DNA from: Wickerhamiella versatilis | Lineage: Eukaryota | DNA length: 64,000 nucleotides | Assembly (NCBI GenBank): GCA_030867685.1 | Contig: JAQOWU010000001.1 | Coordinates: forward strand, 1 to 64,000 | Direction of reading: 5' to 3' | In this document: piece by piece, positions 32,206-43,796 of the stretch | How the letters are laid out: each line of letters starts with the position of its first letter | How positions within the stretch are numbered: position 1 is the first letter of the stretch | Program-made: the position numbers and the translations under genes | Notes under the pieces: model-generated | The model's database searches: none | What the model was told of the DNA's origin: nothing | Seen by the model: only the letters and a program-made list of their open reading frames with translations

Positions 32206-34173
32206 ATGACGGCAACAGACGGTAAAGTATCATATACCAAGACGCAGAATGATGTTTCGTCTGTGTCACAAGCTAAATCTACAAACGATGGCTTGTCAAT
32301 CACAGACCACATGGTTTTGCGATCTCAAGCGTGGCATACGGTGGTTCGAACTTTAGAGGCATACTTTACGGAGTATCGAGCTACAATTACTGAGTTCAGT
32401 CAATTAGAGCAACGTAGAGCCTCCAAGCTGGCTCAATTTACAGCTCCAGACCATCTCCTTGGCGTCGGACAACATGGTGTCGTTGACGTTGTCGAAAGAA
32501 TGCATCAGCTGTACAAAAAAGAATCAGAGATTCAAGCAAAGGAGATAAAAACGCTAGATGAGAATGTCTTGCCGAAGCTGAAGAATCTGATCATGGGCTT
32601 GAATAAAAGCATAAGTGACTTCAAGCAGTTGTCTCAATCTATGGGTAGCATTAAGCAAGTTGATGCAAAGCGTAAGGAATTTGAAACAGAAGCAAAGAAG
32701 TATGCTGAGGCTATTGAGGCTCTCAAAGCAGGACAGTCGCCATCCGCAGACTCATACATACTCAAGAGTACTACCGAGTACCATCGTCTTGCATATGAAG
32801 CCTTGATAAAAAAGGTAGCGGAAGACCGTAGGTTTGCCAAAGATGCTGTTATAAATGTTGATAAAAGTGTGGTCGAAGAACTACAAGTGATCATCAAGGA
32901 ATTCGCTATCGGGTTAAGCGAGCGGGCGCAAAACTTACATCAAACTTCAAACGACCTTATACAGGGATTTGTAGCCAATAGCTGCTTTCATGAGTTCGAT
33001 GAGTGGCAAAAAGAAAACCCAGGTGCTTTCGAAGAACTGCAAGTTCATGATATCGCGTATCCATACCAAAACTCTACTTTAGCGAAGGTTGTTCTGAGAG
33101 GCCATTTGCAGAGGCGCACAAAGTATTTGCGTAGCTTTGTTTCGGGGGAGTTCATTCTGACCCTCTTTTCATTGATTGAAATGAAGAACGGAGTGCCAAA
33201 TCTGGGCATCGATTTAACTGACGCAAAGGTCATAAATGATTCTAAGCATGCTACAGATGATCGTCTAGTGCTTTATGCTCGCCAGATTGGGACTACATCC
33301 GGTAGATTTCATACTTGGGTTTTCCGGACTACTGAAGTTGAATCCTGGAAGCAAGCATTGGAAATGGTTATTACACACAAAACACCGAAAGAACGCGCTT
33401 TGGCAGCTTTCGGCTCCTTAACGGAATCCCCTGAAAGGGTAGATCCTCATACCCAGGAGAAAGTCAGTAAGGAAGATGCGTCAACTCGAAGCGTTGTCGA
33501 ACAATCGATCACAAGTCCCACGGAGAAATCGCTTCTTGATTATCCCGTTGAATCTCATGATAAGAGCATTATTCCGGGTTCTGTACCCGACTCTAAGATT
33601 GCAGCAAGGCAAACACCAACTGATCAAAAGGATGATCGAGGCGATAGCGAACTTAGGCATCCGAAGGAGGAAGTTTCGGGTCATGAAGGACATACTGACA
33701 TTGAAGACAATCAGAAAAGTAGTCTTGATGGTATAGATAAGTCTAGCGCGGCCAGTGTCTTCGAAGAAAGCTTGGAAAGCTCTGGCACACAAAAGACTGG
33801 TAGTTCAGAATCAGTCTGTGAAATTCGTGTCCAAGATCACGAACAGATTGGCACCGGTGGGGGTTCAGTTCTTCATCAGGTTAACAAAGGCAATGTTAGA
33901 GCCAGAACAAAATCTCTTCCGGTGGCAGTTGATTCCACATATGTCTCATGCGGCCCTAACAGTGCGACCACAAGTGACGGCCACCATGATTACGATGCCG
34001 ATAGCGACGTGAGCGAAGTTGCGGAAAATCATATTTATAGGCCTCTTATTGCGCCTTTTGTCGGTGCTTCTTCAAATTCTCCATCATTCTGGGAAACCGA
34101 AAACTCTTGCGAGAAGCCTCCTCTACCAGGTTCTATGGCGTGGTCTGCTGAGAAAGATTTAAATGCCTTTTAA
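32206..34173 (+). CDS. Slm1/2-like BAR-PH domain protein
   Basis: Helical N-terminal half, then PH motif LRGHLQRRTKYLRSFVSGEFILT...HTWVFR...WKQAL, resembling the Slm PH domain; long acidic tail. Confidence 0.7.
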   Translation: MTATDGKVSYTKTQNDVSSVSQAKSTNDGLSITDHMVLRSQAWHTVVRTLEAYFTEYRATITEFSQLEQRRASKLAQFTAPDHLLGVGQHGVVDVVERMHQLYKKESEIQAKEIKTLDENVLPKLKNLIMGLNKSISDFKQLSQSMGSIKQVDAKRKEFETEAKKYAEAIEALKAGQSPSADSYILKSTTEYHRLAYEALIKKVAEDRRFAKDAVINVDKSVVEELQVIIKEFAIGLSERAQNLHQTSNDLIQGFVANSCFHEFDEWQKENPGAFEELQVHDIAYPYQNSTLAKVVLRGHLQRRTKYLRSFVSGEFILTLFSLIEMKNGVPNLGIDLTDAKVINDSKHATDDRLVLYARQIGTTSGRFHTWVFRTTEVESWKQALEMVITHKTPKERALAAFGSLTESPERVDPHTQEKVSKEDASTRSVVEQSITSPTEKSLLDYPVESHDKSIIPGSVPDSKIAARQTPTDQKDDRGDSELRHPKEEVSGHEGHTDIEDNQKSSLDGIDKSSAASVFEESLESSGTQKTGSSESVCEIRVQDHEQIGTGGGSVLHQVNKGNVRARTKSLPVAVDSTYVSCGPNSATTSDGHHDYDADSDVSEVAENHIYRPLIAPFVGASSNSPSFWETENSCEKPPLPGSMAWSAEKDLNAF

Positions 34174-34485
34174 AATCTGTATTGCTTTTTAGGTATGCTC
34201 GATTTTTCTTCAGGTCATGTAAGATTGGTTTAGCCGTTCAAGATTGAGTGGTCTGCAGTTTGCTAACCAATTACTCCTGGGTTACGCCAGGTATTTATTG
34301 CATCGACGATATATGTGTTATTTCGACTAGACGTATATGACGAAAACAACTTTCGTTCAGGCGGTTTAAAAGAGCTTTAAAAATTCCGAGTTACCAAATC
34401 GAAAATCTAGTTTGCAAAATTATTTATGTAGCCATGAGCCATTAACCTCATACTGTTTCTATAAAGCAAAAACTGAGGCCAATAC

Positions 34486-36081
34486 TCAATCGAATAGAGA
34501 TTTCTTTTTTCGCCATGCGGATGATTCTTGGGAAAATTTTAAGGATTTCTCTACTTCTTTCTCCCATGCCGTTGCAAACTGAGCATCACCAAACTTCTGT
34601 GATACCGCTTGTACCCGAAGGCTCATTGCCTTACGATCAGCTGGACTAAGAGAGAATGCACTTACCAAAGCTTCACTGAGGGAAGGATATTCACCTTTTT
34701 TGTAGTCGGGATCGCGGGCTGACTTGAAGAAGAAGCCGTGATCAGTATTTTTCACTATGTCCAGTAATGGTCCAGCACTAGCATGTACTACAGGTATCAA
34801 GCCCGCTGCCATTATTTCTACGACTCCCATACCGAAGTGCTCATTCCACATCGCATTGAGCCCAACGAGGGAGGTTTCCAATATGCGTCTCACATTGGGC
34901 CATGGGGCATTTTCCACGATGGTGCAGTCATGCTCCGTCAGTCCAAGTTCAGTGGCGAGTCTACGAAGGGCTAAAACACGTATGGCGTCATCTTCATCCC
35001 TTACACTTCCAATGAAAATAAGATGTGGACGTTGGCCAGATACTTTCCGAATCTGAGTCTTAACACGCGAAAATGCCTTGAGCACAATTTCATGCCTCTT
35101 TTCAGGGCGGAATTGAGCCACATACACAATAGCAGGTGTGCGTTGCTCAGTTGAGGGATGGAAATCCTGGACAGCACATGGAGGGAATACAATATCACTC
35201 TTGATAGGGAGGAGGTGTTCACTGGTCCATGTGGAGTTACTGGTAATCACAGATGAAAATCTGAGGGCAAATCTATATGCAACCAAAAGCAGGCGCCAAT
35301 AAAGTTGTTTTGGTGACCACCATTTCAACGTTTGAATCATACTATGCTGCACGAAAGGGTAATGTACATAAGAAAGTACTGGAACACAGCCAATCCACGA
35401 TACAACAGGATAGCAAAAAGCAAGTCCAGTAGTTTCAACAAAGACATCTGGCATAAGGTTAGAAATAGCTTCGTAGCCTAGCACCGCCATGCCGAATGCT
35501 TGACCAACAAGTGTAAGCCATGGGAATGTCTCTGGATTTATCAAATTTGTCTGAGTTAGCCCAATAATAACTATTCTGTTAGCTTCGGAGGGTGTAAAGC
35601 TGATACCAAACCGTGAATACACGTGCTCTAACAACTCCGACAGAGTGAGGCCTTTACGCGCAGCCATATAAATAGCTGCAATATTGTTATCATTTTGAAG
35701 TGTCTGCTTTACAGCAGCCCATAGGACTCGCTCACCACCTCCACCAGCTGAAGCGTTAGGATGGAGAAAACCGAATATGCGTCGTTGAGTGGGTTGTCCC
35801 AACTTTTTGACATCTATACTGTCTACAGCCATATCACGGAAATTTGAGAGTTGCGCTGGATGGCGAGACGCAAGTATAAGCTGTCGACGCAGAGGCGGAG
35901 ACCGCACCGAGGCCGGAATAGGGGCTCCAGTCTGCTTGGCAACTTTCACGATATCAAGCCAACCGGCCACTGGGGTACGGATTTTATACCGCAGGTATAC
36001 TGTGGCCATCCATGCTAGCACTGCTAGCGTGAATATACCCGTGACAGAGTAGAGCAGGAAGATAGGGTCCGTGATGAACAT
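34486..36081 (-). CDS. ALG11: GDP-Man alpha-1,2-mannosyltransferase (GT4)
   Basis: GFLHPNASAGGGGERVLW, YVHYP, NSTWT, AQFRPEKRH, MWNEHFGMGVVE; start at ATG 36081 followed by a transmembrane segment. Confidence 0.95.
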   Translation of the reverse strand: MFITDPIFLLYSVTGIFTLAVLAWMATVYLRYKIRTPVAGWLDIVKVAKQTGAPIPASVRSPPLRRQLILASRHPAQLSNFRDMAVDSIDVKKLGQPTQRRIFGFLHPNASAGGGGERVLWAAVKQTLQNDNNIAAIYMAARKGLTLSELLEHVYSRFGISFTPSEANRIVIIGLTQTNLINPETFPWLTLVGQAFGMAVLGYEAISNLMPDVFVETTGLAFCYPVVSWIGCVPVLSYVHYPFVQHSMIQTLKWWSPKQLYWRLLLVAYRFALRFSSVITSNSTWTSEHLLPIKSDIVFPPCAVQDFHPSTEQRTPAIVYVAQFRPEKRHEIVLKAFSRVKTQIRKVSGQRPHLIFIGSVRDEDDAIRVLALRRLATELGLTEHDCTIVENAPWPNVRRILETSLVGLNAMWNEHFGMGVVEIMAAGLIPVVHASAGPLLDIVKNTDHGFFFKSARDPDYKKGEYPSLSEALVSAFSLSPADRKAMSLRVQAVSQKFGDAQFATAWEKEVEKSLKFSQESSAWRKKKSLFD

Positions 36082-36196
36082 ATCTGTAGTCAGCGAAATA
36101 CGTCGCGAGAGGCTAAATGGCTTAGGGAGTAAGAATAAAAGTGAAATTTTGCGATTGCAATGTAAATAAGGACATATTAAACTAATGAGAAGATAG

Positions 36197-36865
36197 CTAT
36201 CGCTCCTCTTCAAGCCAACTTATAAGTTCAGCCAAGGGGCCGTATTCACGGCGGTCAATGAGGTCGAATTCAGAACAGAACAAAACATAATGCTTCAAGC
36301 TGGTATTCAGGTGTGGCTGGAGCCCAAGTTCGGTAATCTGCTCAATGTGGTGACAATAGATGTGAGCATAAATGCGAAACAACCTCTTGAGAATCAGGGC
36401 AAACACTGAACGTGCATCGGGTGCAAACTCCACTCCCAGTTGTTGAGGAAAATATGCTGGATCTGCAAAAATACCTTGGATCCATTCCATTAAGCATTCG
36501 ACATACTCTGGTGCACTCACCTTTGTAGGCCGGCGATATTTTTCCGAATGTGAATCTTGCCATAGGTATTCGTATTTTTCACCTGCTGTCATTGTGGGGC
36601 ACGTGTTGGGTGAACAAAGCCGGGTGATGGTGGAATATAACATGTTCACCTGGTTGAAGAAGTCAACCACATGTACCGCAATCCATTCAAGTTCGTCCTC
36701 ACCCTCCGGAAGCTTTACAGCTTCGCGCAATGCATCACTTCCCAATGTGCTCTGGGCAAAGTCACGCAAGTTACTACGTGGTGGAGCACTGGACTTTCCT
36801 TTTGCCCTAAATGTGCGAATTGTCCTGTTATGAAAGGTGTCATTCAATGTGTTCAAGAACGACAT
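36197..36865 (-). CDS. MOB1: Mob kinase activator (Dbf2/Sid2 partner)
   Basis: STLGS, AVKLPEGEDELEWIAVHVVDFFNQVNMLY, CPTMTAG, RLFRIYAHIYCHH, HLNTS. Confidence 0.95.
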   Translation of the reverse strand: MSFLNTLNDTFHNRTIRTFRAKGKSSAPPRSNLRDFAQSTLGSDALREAVKLPEGEDELEWIAVHVVDFFNQVNMLYSTITRLCSPNTCPTMTAGEKYEYLWQDSHSEKYRRPTKVSAPEYVECLMEWIQGIFADPAYFPQQLGVEFAPDARSVFALILKRLFRIYAHIYCHHIEQITELGLQPHLNTSLKHYVLFCSEFDLIDRREYGPLAELISWLEEER

Positions 36866-37191
36866 GTTGATGGTGTGTCAGCACGAGGCGGACAAAATGT
36901 AAACAACCAAGAAATCATAGTATTCAGCTAGGCACGAGGTGGCAAATGAGCTTGCTTGTAACAAAAAAATCTACGTTATATAGCACTATAGTCATTAAAA
37001 TCCGCGAAATGCTGCTTAAGGTCTCTAAAAAAAATCCGAATTGCAAGACCCCCCATTTACGTTTAGAATCCACATAAAGCCGTAACATAGAGCTTTATAA
37101 AATAACTTCCTCGTAAATTAGTTCTACTGAATAAATAGAACCCGGTCTTCCCATTAATTCTGACTCATCGGTAGCCAGGTCTTGGAGCTGC

Positions 37192-39744
37192 ATGGTGCTG
37201 ATTGTTGCGGCGCTAAATCTCCCTTATACCGTCGAATTCACGCCACCTAAAGAAGAAACGAATGAAAATGAAAGCAACTGGAATCCCCAGCAAATATTGA
37301 ATCAACATTCAGTTGTAACCCCTAATGAGCGACCCCCGGAACCGAGAGACCAGTCAGGGGTGCCTTTTGATAGTCCTGAGGTAAAGCCTGAGGGCTCAGT
37401 ACCACCATTGAAACCTTCCAGGGACCTACCACAAAAATATATAGTAGATGAAAGAAAGCCTTTAGAGGCTAGACCCATCACTGTTAACACAATTCCACAT
37501 CAGTGGACATCACACCGTCGGCGACGTGCGTCGAGTATCGCTAGGCTTCCTTGGAAAATAGTCCGTCAGCATCGTGGGAATCCTGGTCTCCTCAATGCCG
37601 TTCTGCGTGCTGATAGTGATGGGTTGATCGAAAGTCCAAAATGGGTGGGATTACTTGGAATAGCCACTGATGCTATAGTACCGAGAACTCGCAGTAAAAT
37701 ATCAGAAGAGCTTTTTTCACATCGATGTTACCCTACATATGTGCCTGATGCTCAGCTGGCTGGCCATTACGACAATTACTGTAAAGAGTTTCTTTGGCCG
37801 ACATTTCATTCTCAGGTGCCAGTCATACCCACCTCCAAGGCATATGAGGATTATTCATGGGGGGACTATGTGGCTGTAAACCAGGCTATAGCAGACAAAG
37901 TTTGTGAGATATGGCGACCTGGCGACTACATTTGGGTCCATGACTATCACCTACTTCTTGTGCCAAAAATGATAAGGGACAAACTAAAAGATAATGCGCC
38001 TATAGGATTTTTCCTGCATGTTGCATTCCCCACTTCGGAGCTATTTAAATGTCTGGCATATCGTCTAGACTTGATGAAAGGGATTGTGGCTGCTAATGCG
38101 GTTGGGTTCCATATCCAAAACTATGTACAGCATTTTATGATGAGTGCTGCACGTATATTAGCTGTTGATTTCAACACGAACCCTGACTGTATAGAGACAG
38201 AGGATCGGGATGTTTTTGTAATGGCATGCCCCATAGGACTTGACAGCGAGAAGCTTGATAGCCTTATATCTTCGGAGGCTGTCCTACAGCATCGTCGCGT
38301 AATTCGCCGTCGTTGGGCATACCCGATGAAGATTATTTGTGGCCGTGACAAGGCAGACCCCATTCGTGGACTGAGACAGAAGCTGAAAGCATTTGAAATG
38401 TTTCTGGATGCTCATCCTGAACAGGCCACCAAGGTAGTTTTTGTTCAAATTGTGCTAAACAGTAATGACGAATCCACAGAGTGGGAGAGTTTGGCAGGCA
38501 GAATAAATTCAAAATTTGGCGATCCTGCAATAGGTCTTCAGCCAGTGGTCTTAGTAGGGCATGATGTAGTTTTCGAACAATACGTTGCATTGATGGCCGA
38601 GGCGGATGCATTTGCTATTACGAGTTTACGGGAAGGGTTGAACTTGACGTGCCATGAGTATGCATTCTGCCAGAAGAAGAGTAATAGGAATGGCGTTTTG
38701 ATTCTGTCGGAGTTTACAGGCTCAGCCACAATTTTCAAATCGCAGGCTATGCTTGTAAACCCTTGGAATATAAAACAGCTCTCACGCACATATTATCAGG
38801 CCGTTGTGATGCCTGATCAAGAGCGTCAGTCAAGAAGCACAGCACTCTACAATCGTGTGTTGGAGCATAGCTCAACCGGATGGGTCCAAAAAAATGTTGG
38901 ATTTCTCCAAAGAGCCTGGGAGGAAGACCTGACAAGACTCTGTAATCGTCCAGATGTGGATCAACTCACCGAGATATATCAATCTTCCAACAAATTTGGA
39001 AAGCGAGTTTTTCTGCTTGAGTTAGAGGCCTCAAGGACACATCTCTATACCGACAGGATTTTTCTGGTACTTGGATCACTGGTTTATAACAAAGACAACG
39101 TGGTCTATGTGCTAAGTGCTGAATCCCCAACTTACATGGAGCATATATATCGACAGATCCCGGGGATTGGGCTAATAGCAGAGTTTGGTCGATACGTAAG
39201 GATGTACGGTGAGGATGAATGGCAGGATTTGGGCGGTGTATTGGATAATGATTGGCAAAATCGCATTGAGCCTATTCTGGAACTAATCCGAGAAAAAGTT
39301 GCTGTCGAAAATGTTCAAGTACATGAATCTAGCGTTGTGGTTGATTTTCCGCAGCCAGAGGCTGGTGGAGAAGATCGTGAACTAAACCAAATGGGAGAGT
39401 ATTCCTCTGTCATAAATAGCACTTTTTCGTGTTATGGGGTGAGGTGCAAGCCTGATCGAAATCAGCTCACCATTTACACTAATGAAATCGGTGCTTTGAG
39501 ATTGAATGCTTACCGAAGGGTCATATCTTCAGTCACTGCTCCATTAGGAATGCTATTGATTGCAAACCAATCTTTTAATACCGACTCCGATGATGTGATA
39601 TATGCGTGGGCTGAAGAGCAGAGAGCAAGGGGCATAACTCGAGAGCTTGTGACCATAGTCTTAGGAAAACATCCCACATATGCTCGCACTATGGTTGACG
39701 GAGAGAACGCTTTGCTTCTTCTTCTCCAGCAAATCACGGGTTAA
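37192..39744 (+). CDS. TPS3: Trehalose-6-phosphate synthase complex regulatory subunit (Tps3/Tsl1-like)
   Basis: GT20 motifs LWPTFH, WVHDYHLLLVP, GFFLHVAFP, REGLNL, SEFTG. The phosphatase-like C-terminal domain lacks the HAD DxDGT motif. Confidence 0.8.
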   Translation: MVLIVAALNLPYTVEFTPPKEETNENESNWNPQQILNQHSVVTPNERPPEPRDQSGVPFDSPEVKPEGSVPPLKPSRDLPQKYIVDERKPLEARPITVNTIPHQWTSHRRRRASSIARLPWKIVRQHRGNPGLLNAVLRADSDGLIESPKWVGLLGIATDAIVPRTRSKISEELFSHRCYPTYVPDAQLAGHYDNYCKEFLWPTFHSQVPVIPTSKAYEDYSWGDYVAVNQAIADKVCEIWRPGDYIWVHDYHLLLVPKMIRDKLKDNAPIGFFLHVAFPTSELFKCLAYRLDLMKGIVAANAVGFHIQNYVQHFMMSAARILAVDFNTNPDCIETEDRDVFVMACPIGLDSEKLDSLISSEAVLQHRRVIRRRWAYPMKIICGRDKADPIRGLRQKLKAFEMFLDAHPEQATKVVFVQIVLNSNDESTEWESLAGRINSKFGDPAIGLQPVVLVGHDVVFEQYVALMAEADAFAITSLREGLNLTCHEYAFCQKKSNRNGVLILSEFTGSATIFKSQAMLVNPWNIKQLSRTYYQAVVMPDQERQSRSTALYNRVLEHSSTGWVQKNVGFLQRAWEEDLTRLCNRPDVDQLTEIYQSSNKFGKRVFLLELEASRTHLYTDRIFLVLGSLVYNKDNVVYVLSAESPTYMEHIYRQIPGIGLIAEFGRYVRMYGEDEWQDLGGVLDNDWQNRIEPILELIREKVAVENVQVHESSVVVDFPQPEAGGEDRELNQMGEYSSVINSTFSCYGVRCKPDRNQLTIYTNEIGALRLNAYRRVISSVTAPLGMLLIANQSFNTDSDDVIYAWAEEQRARGITRELVTIVLGKHPTYARTMVDGENALLLLLQQITG

Positions 39745-39919
39745 CGACGTAAATACGACGAGGAAAAAAAATGATGCCAGACAAACTTAACATGTATGTC
39801 TTAGGGGTTCGGCCCCGTTGACCTTCTAGCAATGTAGTAAATCAACCTACACCACTATATACGTATAAAAAATTTAAGGATACCAGAAAGATTTTGCTAG
39901 CGTAGAGGACGTAATTTAT

Positions 39920-41491
39920 TTACCAAGAATTGAGTTTCATTGTACCATTCTCCATGAGATTGAGATGCATCTTGAAAGCAGCTGCTAGAGCGTGTGGTTC
40001 ATGAAGCGTACCGCGCTTTGCGCACTGGTTCTCAGCAAAGTTCACATAGTCAAGCAACTGATCTTTGAAGTCTGGGTGGGCACACTTATTGATGATCTCT
40101 CGAGACCTTTCACGGGGAGCAAGGCCACGCAGGTCCGCCAAACCCTGTTCAGTAGCAATGATGTCGAGATCATGCTCTGTCTGGTCCACATGGGTCGCAA
40201 AAGGTACAATACAAGACAAACCTGTTGGATCGGTCTTAGTCTTACGCGCTGATGGCGTATGCATAATCGACAGTTTTGAATTACGCAGGAAATCAGCAGA
40301 GCCACCAAGACCATTGAGCATACGCGAGCCGTTAACACAAGTAGAGTTTGCATGGCCGTAAATATCGACCTCTACAGGCGTGTTCATGGCGATGCATCCA
40401 AGACGGCGAATGATCTCAGGGTGGTTGGAGATTTGCTGTGAGCGCAACAGGATCTTCTTAGAGAACAAATCCCACTGCTTGAAGAATCGTGAAAATCCTT
40501 TCTGCGTAAGGCGGATAGAGGTAGAAGTGGCGAAATGAAGTTTTCCGCTCTCCAAGAAGTCTAGGAAGGAATCCTGGAACACCTCAGTCCAAACATCAAT
40601 GTCCTTAAACGATGACTTGGCAAGCCCTTCCACAACGGCGTTTGCAATATTACCAATACCACTCTGCAGCGGTAGCAGGTTTTCTGGCAAACGGCCAGCC
40701 TTCACTTCATCTTCAAAGAAGCCTACCAAGTTGTTGGCAATAGCATTGGAAGTTGCATCACTTGGCGTGTTGTCTGGAACAGTGTCCTTTTCGTGAGATT
40801 CAACAATAGCAATGATCTTACTAGGATCCACTGGCAATGATGGCGTACCGAACCTATCTGATACATGCGTAACTGGATAAGGGGTTTTGTAAGGTGGTAA
40901 TTGGGGCATGTTAATGTCATGCAGGCCAGCGAAAACTGGCAACTGCGTATTCAACTCAACGATGATCTTATCCGCGACTGTAGCAAGTTCTGGTGCAGCT
41001 CCCACAGATGGACCTAGAATGAGACCTCCATGCTCATCGATTGCCGTTGCCTCAATGAGGGCAACGTCAATCCCATTCTTGTTACCAGTCTTGCGATCTT
41101 TTGTATAAAAACCATAGGTTAAATCCTGCGGTGACATACTCAAGTGCTTATCAAAAAATAAGATTTCACCGTTATTGATACCTCTTTGGATAGGCTTGCC
41201 CACCTGATGAGGGGTTCGCCGAGCAATCATACCGAGGTCAGCCCATTCTCCCTCGACATGAGTATCAGTGGAAGCACCGGTAATCAGGTTGAACCTAAGC
41301 TTATGCTGAAGGTTGTTAGCCTTGACATGTTGCGCCAATGCAATAGGGATAACCTTAGGCCCTCCTACACCTGTAAAACCGGACCAACCAAGCCACATAT
41401 CATTCTTGAATAAAGGAATAACTTCATCAACTGTTCGCACTCTATCAATGAGCTTTTTCAGCCCAATACGCGAGGAAAGCACCTGGCTCAT
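39920..41491 (-). CDS. ACH1: Acetyl-CoA hydrolase / CoA transferase
   Basis: [56 protein letters not shown]. Confidence 0.97.
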   Translation of the reverse strand: MSQVLSSRIGLKKLIDRVRTVDEVIPLFKNDMWLGWSGFTGVGGPKVIPIALAQHVKANNLQHKLRFNLITGASTDTHVEGEWADLGMIARRTPHQVGKPIQRGINNGEILFFDKHLSMSPQDLTYGFYTKDRKTGNKNGIDVALIEATAIDEHGGLILGPSVGAAPELATVADKIIVELNTQLPVFAGLHDINMPQLPPYKTPYPVTHVSDRFGTPSLPVDPSKIIAIVESHEKDTVPDNTPSDATSNAIANNLVGFFEDEVKAGRLPENLLPLQSGIGNIANAVVEGLAKSSFKDIDVWTEVFQDSFLDFLESGKLHFATSTSIRLTQKGFSRFFKQWDLFSKKILLRSQQISNHPEIIRRLGCIAMNTPVEVDIYGHANSTCVNGSRMLNGLGGSADFLRNSKLSIMHTPSARKTKTDPTGLSCIVPFATHVDQTEHDLDIIATEQGLADLRGLAPRERSREIINKCAHPDFKDQLLDYVNFAENQCAKRGTLHEPHALAAAFKMHLNLMENGTMKLNSW

Positions 41492-42402
41492 TGTTACTAA
41501 GTCTCCAGACTGGGGCGGTCACGGTATATATAAAGTCGTAATTGGCGGAGCTCTATTATATAAGCAACGTCTATTGCATGGGCTAGGGTTAATTATCTTG
41601 TTAGAAGCGAAGTCGGAGATTCAATCGCCTTCGAGGGCCTCTCCATGCATATTTTGCAACAGGGTATGCCCACGCTATAGTAGGCAGAACTCCAAGCCGG
41701 GATACTTTAGGCTCTTTTGAGCCACGAAAAAAACGCTTCAATGAGCGCCATTTACTCGCTCTTATGGTTGGAAGCTCGTTACGGACGAGCAAAGTCATGG
41801 CGTGGGCGCTGGCCTCTGGGACCCCTTTTTGCGGGGTTCCGCATTACCCTAACCTCTGATGTTTTTGGGGTAACAATTCCATTGGAAAGGAAATTCCTGC
41901 GTAATGATCCCATTATGAGAAGCTATTCTGAATCATCTTTTTGCTTGGAATTGCTTGGAATTGCTCGGTGAGTGGCGTGCTCGTAGTTGTCTCACCGTTG
42001 TCGCGTTGATGGGCATGCATAAGTGGCTTGGGGCCGGTCGGTCGGTCCGTCGATCGACAAATAACTGAACTAGGGGGTAAACGCCTAGTGCGATATTGTA
42101 TATACAGGCTATCAGGAATAGTTATTGTGTAACTAGGATATATTTCGTGAAGTACATGTAGATCATACTGTATAAGCGGCTTAGATATTGATTTCGTCAG
42201 ACTTTGATTAGACATCAAGGGAATAAAGCTTGTCACTAGCATCGGACAGCACCACGCCATATAGATACCATCAGAAATTTAAATTAGCACAACAATTCGC
42301 TCTTTCAGCCATCTTGTCCTGGTCTGTCCTGGTTTCTACTTTGTGGTAATCAAGCTTGGGCTTCATTATATAACAAACTGGGCAAGGTTATATTTTTTTT
42401 TG

Positions 42403-42921
42403 ATGCCAATTGCCAGAAGCTTGGCCAAGGTTCAAAAGCGTAAGGCAGATTCAAACCTCCATCCAAATGGCAGAAAGATAAAGCAGCTTACGAGAGCTAC
42501 TCTCCGCGAGCAACGTGTGGAAAGACACCGACAAACACGTCAACCGGCCCAGCAAAGGCGTATTATTCGTCTGCAATTCATAAAGAGATTCGTTGAGCAG
42601 CTTAATGGAGAAAAGATTGATTTAAACATTATTCATACCCTCATACAAGCATATGTTGACCGTCTTAACCAAGAGATAGAAGAACTTGAACGTCAGCGAC
42701 GACCAGGTCGTCCACGGCCAGCAAAACTTGATTCGCTACTTCATCAGCGGGAAAAGGACGAACAGGAGTACAAAGACGGGTTTGAGGTCCCCAATCTCTT
42801 GTCACCTGCAACTGTTCGAGCGGTACTGTCATGGGAAGGATCCCTGGGAGGACTCTCAAGCATTAAGGATTGGATTCGTGTGGCGAAGGATTCTCAAACG
42901 GTGAATCCCTCTGCATTTTAG
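42403..42921 (+). CDS. TMA16: Translation machinery-associated protein 16
   Basis: LHPNGRKIKQLTRATLR, RRPGRP, EYKDGFEVPNL; start at ATG 42403. Confidence 0.88.
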   Translation: MPIARSLAKVQKRKADSNLHPNGRKIKQLTRATLREQRVERHRQTRQPAQQRRIIRLQFIKRFVEQLNGEKIDLNIIHTLIQAYVDRLNQEIEELERQRRPGRPRPAKLDSLLHQREKDEQEYKDGFEVPNLLSPATVRAVLSWEGSLGGLSSIKDWIRVAKDSQTVNPSAF

Positions 42922-43630
42922 ATAAGAACCACTCGCCAGCATAAAGCAAGCTCAGCAAAGAGGCCACTGCTCCAGTCAAAGTAAACGCTGTTTTGCGGGC
43001 CCATAGCTGTCCATCAGCACGGCCATTAAACTGCCTTTCAAATATATAAATATCATTATTCGTACCAATAAAGTCCCAGCCTTCTGACTCTAGCCGGGTC
43101 ACGACACTGCGGTATCGAGGATCGGCAACTGGATTCCGGGATCTTATACGGACCGGGTTATAGGGTGATCTTGTAACATTGAGATTAGGCAGAACAACAC
43201 ACCATTCTCTTTCAACTCCACTATTGTCCTCAAGTCCCAGTCCTCGCCGTTTGTGAAGGTGTGGGGTGAAAAACGTTCCGTGTTCGAGAGACCGCGGAAA
43301 TAAGCGCTTTGCCTCCCTTTCTCGAGTTCTCTGCACGGATATAGCCCAATTCCTCTCCTCTGCTTCTTCAGAACGGTGCTTCTCAGCTACCAACTCGTGC
43401 TCGAGGTTCTTTACAGTATCCCGTGCGATTTCCTGGGTAGCCTGTCTTTTTTCCTGCACTGGATGTTCATGAGCATTTACACCAAGCGGTACTGTGTGCT
43501 TCACTTTCTTCCCTTTTCTGGGTGGATGTTTTGCCAGATAGCGTAGAGCACTTTCACCTGCTTGCCGCATAGAACTGATGTAAGCCCGATAATGATGGCT
43601 AATAAGAGTGTTAAGTGTTTGAACTGACAT
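42863..43630 (-). CDS. Hypothetical protein with C-terminal transmembrane segment
   Basis: 255 aa ATG-initiated ORF with a coiled coil, LESEGWDFIG...YIFER and hydrophobic AFTLTGAVASLLSLLYAGEW; family not recognised. Confidence 0.6.
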   Translation of the reverse strand: MSVQTLNTLISHHYRAYISSMRQAGESALRYLAKHPPRKGKKVKHTVPLGVNAHEHPVQEKRQATQEIARDTVKNLEHELVAEKHRSEEAEERNWAISVQRTREREAKRLFPRSLEHGTFFTPHLHKRRGLGLEDNSGVEREWCVVLPNLNVTRSPYNPVRIRSRNPVADPRYRSVVTRLESEGWDFIGTNNDIYIFERQFNGRADGQLWARKTAFTLTGAVASLLSLLYAGEWFLSKMQRDSPFENPSPHESNP

Positions 43631-43796
43631 AATTTTCTAAGCAAACTCAATCCAGTAAACTAATTTTAGTGGTAGTGATAGTGATATAACCCCTAAATTA
43701 CTGGGATTTGCTTGTTTGAGGTGCTTTTTCAGTCATCCTTAATTTACCTGGTACCGTTTTTCCGCTTATTGATTTGTCAACAAGCAGAGAACTTGA

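Noticed and set aside
41601-42260. Short ORFs upstream of ACH1
   Set aside because: No recognisable domains; more plausibly a long regulated promoter.
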